From IMG/VR virus record IMGVR_UViG_3300013308_000012: 37,762 nucleotides of DNA. One strand, given 5' to 3'. Below, in pieces: positions 33,652 through 37,762 of this stretch. The stretch's first letter is position 1. Each line of letters opens with the position of its first letter. The notes under the pieces were generated by a model. That model saw only the letters and a list, made by a program, of their open reading frames with translations, did no database searches and was not told the DNA's origin. Origin of the DNA: a virus. A program made the translations under genes and the position numbers.

Positions 33652-33840
33652 ATGAAAAGAACAGTCGTTCTGACCGGAAAGGCGGTCGTGAATTTTCGAA
33701 AGGTGATTGAGGACATCGATGACGACGAAGTTGCCGAGTTGGTGGCCAGCGATGACTTGCGCGGGGCGCAGATCGATGACGACGACCTGCTGGATATCGA
33801 GTGGATCCATGACGAAGTCGACATCAAGGTGACGCCATGA
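33652..33840 (+). CDS. Very acidic 62-aa protein
   Basis: About 19 Asp/Glu residues against 7 Lys/Arg. An SD-like AAGGACAGG lies upstream. Confidence 0.55.
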   Translation: MKRTVVLTGKAVVNFRKVIEDIDDDEVAELVASDDLRGAQIDDDDLLDIEWIHDEVDIKVTP

Positions 33841-34583
33841 CCAACAGCCACGGCCTAGACGTCGATTACTTCAGCCGCAAGATGGAACGCATGCTCAACG
33901 GTGCGGCGAGTTACACCCGCAGCGAGTGGGCCCGCGAGTGCGCGCGCATGGCCAGCGTTGCTGACGCGGCGGTACTGCAGGAAGACGAGTTTGTAGGCGA
34001 TTTGCGCAAGGGTGCCGAACTGCATGCGCAAATTCAGCGCGCCGCCGGCGAGCTTCCGGGTGCCTGGAGCATCGAGATCATGGTTGAGCGTCATTGTGGG
34101 GCGGTTTCGCTCTTCGACGACGATGCAATGAAGTCGAATTCGACGGGCAAGGCCCACTCAGCGAACAGGTATCGGATGCGCTTGAGTTGGCGTTGGGCAG
34201 CGAGGTGTCGCCATGATCGCTCTCGCCTGGTTCGCCTACGTGTACTGCTACAAGGGGCCGCGGCGATGAATCGAATGGTCAGCGTCCGCACTGAGGAGCT
34301 AGCCGGCCCGGCGCTGAATTGGGCAATCAACGCTATCGAGGGCGACCAACAGCCCGCCGCCGGTCAGTTGCAGCTATTCACCAAGATCGACGCCGAGCAA
34401 TTGATCGAGAAGTACGGCGTCTGGGTCGAGCGTGGGTACAGCTACCCGTGGCTGGCCGACGCCACACGCGATCCCTGCAATCGCCAGCCCGGTGATACCC
34501 GCGAGATCGCTGTGTACCGCGCCGTCGTATTCGCCCAGACCGGCATCACCGTCAGCGTCCCCGCCGAACTCATCCAGCTGTAA
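33837..34583 (+). CDS. Uninterrupted 248-aa ORF whose C-terminal ~105 aa resemble DUF2591; possibly two or three genes (see findings)
   Basis: The ATG at 33837 overlaps the upstream stop. The segment from the internal ATG at 34266 (MNRMVSVRTEELAGPALNWAINAIEG...) matches the DUF2591 N-terminal pattern. Confidence 0.5.
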   Translation: MTNSHGLDVDYFSRKMERMLNGAASYTRSEWARECARMASVADAAVLQEDEFVGDLRKGAELHAQIQRAAGELPGAWSIEIMVERHCGAVSLFDDDAMKSNSTGKAHSANRYRMRLSWRWAARCRHDRSRLVRLRVLLQGAAAMNRMVSVRTEELAGPALNWAINAIEGDQQPAAGQLQLFTKIDAEQLIEKYGVWVERGYSYPWLADATRDPCNRQPGDTREIAVYRAVVFAQTGITVSVPAELIQL

Positions 34584-34639
34584 CCCCAAACCTTACAACT
34601 CAACCAGCCTGCCGGTGCACGGCGGGCGAGGAATTCTGC

Positions 34640-35638
34640 ATGAGCGAAGTGAAGTATTACCACGTGAGCGACACCGGGCTCGCTGAGGGCACATCCCTTG
34701 GGCGGATCACCGTTGTGCTGGGGGCTGACTACGATGCCGTCGTCAGCCGCATAGGAAACATGATCTGCGCCAAGCGCCAGATGGACGAAGAGCTAGAAAT
34801 CGCCCGCGACGACCTGGTCATTTTCAAGGGCGCCTTGTCCGCGCTCGGCGAAGCGTCGAAGAAGCTGGTTGTATGCGCCCGAACCACAGGCGGCACAGCT
34901 GGCCCAGACGAAGGCCTTATGGATGCCTGCGCTGGTGTCGAAGGAGTTATCACGCTTGCCGGTGTTGCGCGGGCAATGAATGAGTTCGACCGGGTGAAGG
35001 CCGAGCGTGACGCCCTGCAACTGCTGCTGAACGAGCGCGACGAGCAGCTGCACACCCTTGAGCAATCGCGCCGGGCGCACTTTGAAAGCGGGCAAGCGGC
35101 AGAACAAAGCAATGTGATTCTGCTTGGGCTGCTTGAGCGCTGGTACGAGGCTAATTGCAACGATTTGGTCCATGTTGAGGATGGCGCCTATCGCATCGTG
35201 CTGGACACCAACGAAGCACTCGAAGGCAAGTCGGTTGCGAGCAGATGCACCTGGAGCAGAGAAGACGACTGCGGCACCTGGCACAGCGCGTGCGGCGTCA
35301 GTTGGACCTTCCACGACGATGGCCCGATAGAGAACGGCATGAACTTCTGTCACGCCTGCGGGGATTGCATCGCTGTTGAAGAGCATGCCGAAGAGAACTC
35401 GGCCGACGACGGAATCCCAGACTTCAGCCCCGGCAACGGCAACAAAGCACGGCGCCGGGCCGAAACAATCCACGGCTTCAAGATCGTCGAGGACCAGAGC
35501 TTGGCGCCTGGTGAAATGAAATTGGTGCAGCCGGCCGAAGCCAGCGCCTTCAGTGACGCAAACGAACCACCGTGCACCGCCTGCTTTGCGCGCGGCTGCA
35601 ACGGTGAATGCTCAGGTGACGGGGCGATGGGGGACTGA
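34640..35638 (+). CDS. Hypothetical protein with a coiled-coil centre and Cys-rich C-terminal half
   Basis: 332-aa ORF with GAGGA upstream of the ATG. Cys clusters include CTWSREDDCGTWHSAC, CHACGDC and CTACFARGCNGEC. Confidence 0.6.
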   Translation: MSEVKYYHVSDTGLAEGTSLGRITVVLGADYDAVVSRIGNMICAKRQMDEELEIARDDLVIFKGALSALGEASKKLVVCARTTGGTAGPDEGLMDACAGVEGVITLAGVARAMNEFDRVKAERDALQLLLNERDEQLHTLEQSRRAHFESGQAAEQSNVILLGLLERWYEANCNDLVHVEDGAYRIVLDTNEALEGKSVASRCTWSREDDCGTWHSACGVSWTFHDDGPIENGMNFCHACGDCIAVEEHAEENSADDGIPDFSPGNGNKARRRAETIHGFKIVEDQSLAPGEMKLVQPAEASAFSDANEPPCTACFARGCNGECSGDGAMGD

Positions 35639-36141
35639 TGATGACCAACAAAATAGAAACGCTCAGCAAAGGGTTCTACACGACCGAGTCTTCCGATGGC
35701 TGTGGCTGCATCAAGATCGGGTTTGAATCACTTGCTGACTTGCACGCGGCAGACGATGAGTTGCGTGCACTGCTTTGGGATCCCGTTCCGACAGAGGCCC
35801 AGTTGATCGCCGCCGGCCTGGGCTATCCGATGTCGAAAGAGGATGCAGTGAAGGCCTACAAGGCTTCTCTTCAGCCGCGTACAGATAACCCACGCAACGC
35901 AGATTGCGAGTGGTGTCATGGCTGTGGTCATGATTATTACGGCGATCCGTGCGTAGGTTGCTGCAAGCCAACCTCGCAACCCGCGCCGGTATCTGTGGCG
36001 CTGCCGACAACCCAGGAACTACGCGAACTGGTTACCAAGTCCGCCCGGGAAGCTGACCTGATTCCGGGTGCCAACTACTACACCGCTGCAGAGCTCGCCG
36101 CCGGCGCTTTGTTCGAGAAGATCAAGGAGTTAAATCCATGA
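35638..36141 (+). CDS. Hypothetical protein with a CxxCxGCG...CxGCC zinc-binding-like cluster
   Basis: 167-aa ORF with the cluster CEWCHGCGHDYYGDPCVGCC. A TGATG overlap couples it to the upstream gene. Confidence 0.6.
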   Translation: MMTNKIETLSKGFYTTESSDGCGCIKIGFESLADLHAADDELRALLWDPVPTEAQLIAAGLGYPMSKEDAVKAYKASLQPRTDNPRNADCEWCHGCGHDYYGDPCVGCCKPTSQPAPVSVALPTTQELRELVTKSAREADLIPGANYYTAAELAAGALFEKIKELNP

Positions 36142-36383
36142 ACACCGCACGCGATGACCGGCACGAAGAGCCGGTAGAGTTCATCCGGCTGCCCGAGGTC
36201 AAGAAGCTGGTAGGCCTCGGCACCACCAAGATCTACACCATGGCAAGCGATGGCCTCTTCCCGAAACAGGTAAAGCTGGGTGGCCGGGCCGTGGCCTGGG
36301 TCAAGTCCGAGGTTCTGCAATGGAACAACGCCCAGCTCGTCGCCGCACGTGGTCAGGTTGCCGACTCAAGCCCGTCCAAGTAA
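36138..36383 (+). CDS. xis: AlpA-family excisionase / DNA-binding protein
   Basis: It shows the AlpA pattern ...FIRLPEVKKLVGLGTTKIYTMASDGLFPKQVKLGGRAVAWVKSEV. It lies adjacent to and convergent with int. Confidence 0.75.
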   Translation: MNTARDDRHEEPVEFIRLPEVKKLVGLGTTKIYTMASDGLFPKQVKLGGRAVAWVKSEVLQWNNAQLVAARGQVADSSPSK

Positions 36384-37582
36384 TCCGCCCATTCCTGCAT
36401 CATCACCCTTCTCTGTTCCACGTACTCCGCGTGGTTGTAGGTCTTCCTGACCTTGCTTGAACCCGCATGCGAAAGCTGCGCCTCGATCCAATCTTCGTTG
36501 TAACCCATCTCGTTCAAGGCCGTTGAAATCGTGGCACGGATACCCTGCCCGGTTAGCTTGCCTTCATACCCCATGCGCTTTAATGCAGCGTTGACCGTGT
36601 TGTTACTGATCGGCTTGCTGGGATCATTGCGTCCCGCGATCAGCAGTTTGTAACGACCGGTCAACAGATGCACCCTGCGCACCTCATCGACCGCCTGGCG
36701 CGACAGTGGCACCAGATACGGCGGCACTTCATCCCCCTCCTTTGTTCGAATCACCTTCCTTAATTGCTTTACGCCATCGGGCGGAATCGTCCACAGCGCA
36801 GCATCCAGATCAAACTGGGCCGCTGTTGCGTGGCGCAGCTCGCCTGTCCGCACGCCAGTGAGTAGCAAAATTCGGATGGCGCTCTTTGTATACCCTGCGC
36901 AATCAAAGTCCCTGAGCGTGTGCAGAAACGCCTTTAGCTCACGCTGCCTGAGCATAGGGTTGTGCTTAACCGGCGGCTCTTTAACGGCAACAATGTCCAG
37001 GTCTGACGCCGGATTCATTTCCAGATAATCAGACGCGATGGCAAAGCGGAAAATATTGTTCAGCCAGGATCGGCACTTCTTTGCCGAGTTGAGCGCCTCG
37101 CGCTTCTCAATCCTGCGCAAGGCTGCGAGCACGTCGGACCGCTTGACGTCCGCCACCGGAATTTTTCCCAGCGCAGGTATCAGGTCTTTGTCCAAATAGA
37201 AGCGAGATTGATATGCGGCGCCATGATGAGCCGCTACCCAGCGTGGCAGTTTGAAAGCGTGCCACTCGTTGGCAACGACTTCGAACGTCTTGATGGCTTC
37301 CGACGCGGCGGCGCGCTTCTCTTCCCGGCGCTGCAACCGTGGGTCGATTCCCTTAGCTACGAGCGTACGCGCTTGGTCCCGCAGTTCCCGGGCGTCCTTG
37401 AGGGTGATTTCTGGATAGGTGCCCAGCGACATGCGCGGCTGTTTGCCGTGCCAGGAAAACCTGAAGTGCCAAGACTTGGTGCCATTGGGAGCGACGAACA
37501 GCGAAAGCCCGCTGGCATCCGTGAGGGTGAAGCTTTTGTCGGCCGGCTTGGCCTGGCGCACAGCGGTATCAGTGAGGGGCAT
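36353..37582 (-). CDS. int: P4-type tyrosine integrase
   Basis: The N-terminal arm-binding domain reads MPLTDTAVRQAKPADKSFTLTDASGLSLFVAPNGTKSWHFRF. The C-terminal catalytic region has ...GVRTGELRHA..., ...GIRATIST... and ...VRKTYNHAEY. It lies next to the tRNA-derived att repeat. Confidence 0.9.
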   Translation of the reverse strand: MPLTDTAVRQAKPADKSFTLTDASGLSLFVAPNGTKSWHFRFSWHGKQPRMSLGTYPEITLKDARELRDQARTLVAKGIDPRLQRREEKRAAASEAIKTFEVVANEWHAFKLPRWVAAHHGAAYQSRFYLDKDLIPALGKIPVADVKRSDVLAALRRIEKREALNSAKKCRSWLNNIFRFAIASDYLEMNPASDLDIVAVKEPPVKHNPMLRQRELKAFLHTLRDFDCAGYTKSAIRILLLTGVRTGELRHATAAQFDLDAALWTIPPDGVKQLRKVIRTKEGDEVPPYLVPLSRQAVDEVRRVHLLTGRYKLLIAGRNDPSKPISNNTVNAALKRMGYEGKLTGQGIRATISTALNEMGYNEDWIEAQLSHAGSSKVRKTYNHAEYVEQRRVMMQEWADYLDGLESAT

Positions 37583-37583
37583 T

Positions 37584-37630
37584 AGTACATCACCAAGTCA
37601 CTCGAATTAAGAAGTGCTGAATGATGTACT
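37584..37630. promoter_or_regulatory. Inverted pair AGTACATCA / TGATGTACT, candidate integrase arm-type sites on the P side
   Basis: AGTACATCA at 37584-37592 is the exact reverse complement of TGATGTACT at 37622-37630. The pair lies between the int start and the repeat core. Confidence 0.45.
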
Positions 37631-37639
37631 AAAAATGCG

Positions 37640-37762
37640 CGGCACGCAGCGAAAGACTGCGAAAGACCGCGAAAAGAAAAACCGCCAAGGCTTGGGGCTA
37701 TTGGCGGCTTTGGGGAACTCTACGAAACAAGGTGTAAATAGGTGTGGTGCCCGAGACAGGAA
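37640..37762. repeat. Right copy of the 123-bp terminal direct repeat, next to the integrase
   Basis: Identical to bases 1-123. It starts 57 nt beyond the integrase start codon. Confidence 0.9.
37745..37762 (-). tRNA. 3'-terminal 18 nt of a tRNA gene whose body would lie beyond the right window edge; the same fragment is duplicated at 106-123
   Basis: The reverse complement reads TT-CCTGT-CTCGGGC-A-CCA. That matches the end of a T-loop, the 3' strand of the T-stem, a 7-nt acceptor strand, a discriminator A and an encoded CCA. An intrinsic terminator follows on the same strand. The tRNA identity cannot be determined from this fragment. Confidence 0.5.

Larger units (their letters stand above)
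1..37762. mobile_element. Complete temperate phage genome (prophage attL..attR, or circularly closed genome) combining a T7/SP6-like virion module with a lambdoid immunity/replication region
   Basis: An exact 123-bp direct repeat sits at both ends. Integrase and excisionase lie at the right end. The window also has a cI/cro switch, a lysis cassette, and portal, capsid, terminase and tail-fibre genes. Confidence 0.85.

Noticed and set aside
1-37762. A phage-encoded single-subunit RNA polymerase, CRISPR arrays, IS elements, rRNA or toxin-antitoxin pairs
   Set aside because: None could be found by reading the six-frame track. All large ORFs are assigned, and there are no repeat-spacer arrays or transposase-like ORFs.

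Overview
The window is one complete temperate phage genome of about 37.6 kb unique sequence. It is GC-rich with Pseudomonas-like codon usage, which is an inference about the host. Bases 1-123 and 37640-37762 are an exact 123-bp direct repeat. The repeat carries the last 18 nt of a minus-strand tRNA (...TTCCTGTCTCGGGCACCA) plus that tRNA's terminator, so the window is either a prophage cut at attL/attR or a circularly closed genome with an overlapping end.

The minus strand is organised like a lambdoid rightward operon. In transcription order it carries cro-like, cII-like, a DUF1376 replication protein, a DnaC-like loader, ninB, ninG and three small genes. These are followed by a lysis cassette (two holin-like proteins, a SleB-type endolysin, and Rz with embedded Rz1). 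Next comes a T7/SP6-like virion module: portal, scaffold, capsid, a small capsid-associated protein, tail tubular A and B, a GNAT protein, four internal-virion proteins, terS-like, terL, and a tail fibre with an SGNH-esterase-like domain. The last gene is a signal-peptide-bearing paralogue of that esterase domain.

The plus strand carries a cI-type repressor with a translationally coupled small membrane protein. After a terminator and a second operator cluster comes an early operon with an ERF annealase, a YqaJ exonuclease, a DnaQ-like exonuclease, many small unknown genes and an AlpA-type excisionase. The excisionase converges on a P4-type tyrosine integrase. I saw no phage RNA polymerase, rRNA, CRISPR array or IS element.

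The most notable unexplained signal is a 20-nt motif, minus strand AAATAGTCGGGAAnCCGACA. It occurs at least five times, always co-oriented with the late genes and always at a boundary between functional blocks: lysis, head, capsid, ejection proteins and tail fibre. One copy is followed by an intrinsic terminator. Another copy, together with a second terminator, brackets the capsid genes.

Other points of interest:
- a GNAT gene, plus a GNAT-like domain inside an internal virion protein
- the secreted tail-fibre esterase paralogue next to att
- TTGCG-N5-CGCAA operators in two clusters
- iteron-like repeats inside the replication gene
- a lysogeny-linked small membrane protein

All functional calls come from reading the translated ORFs and the DNA by eye. 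No database search was run.
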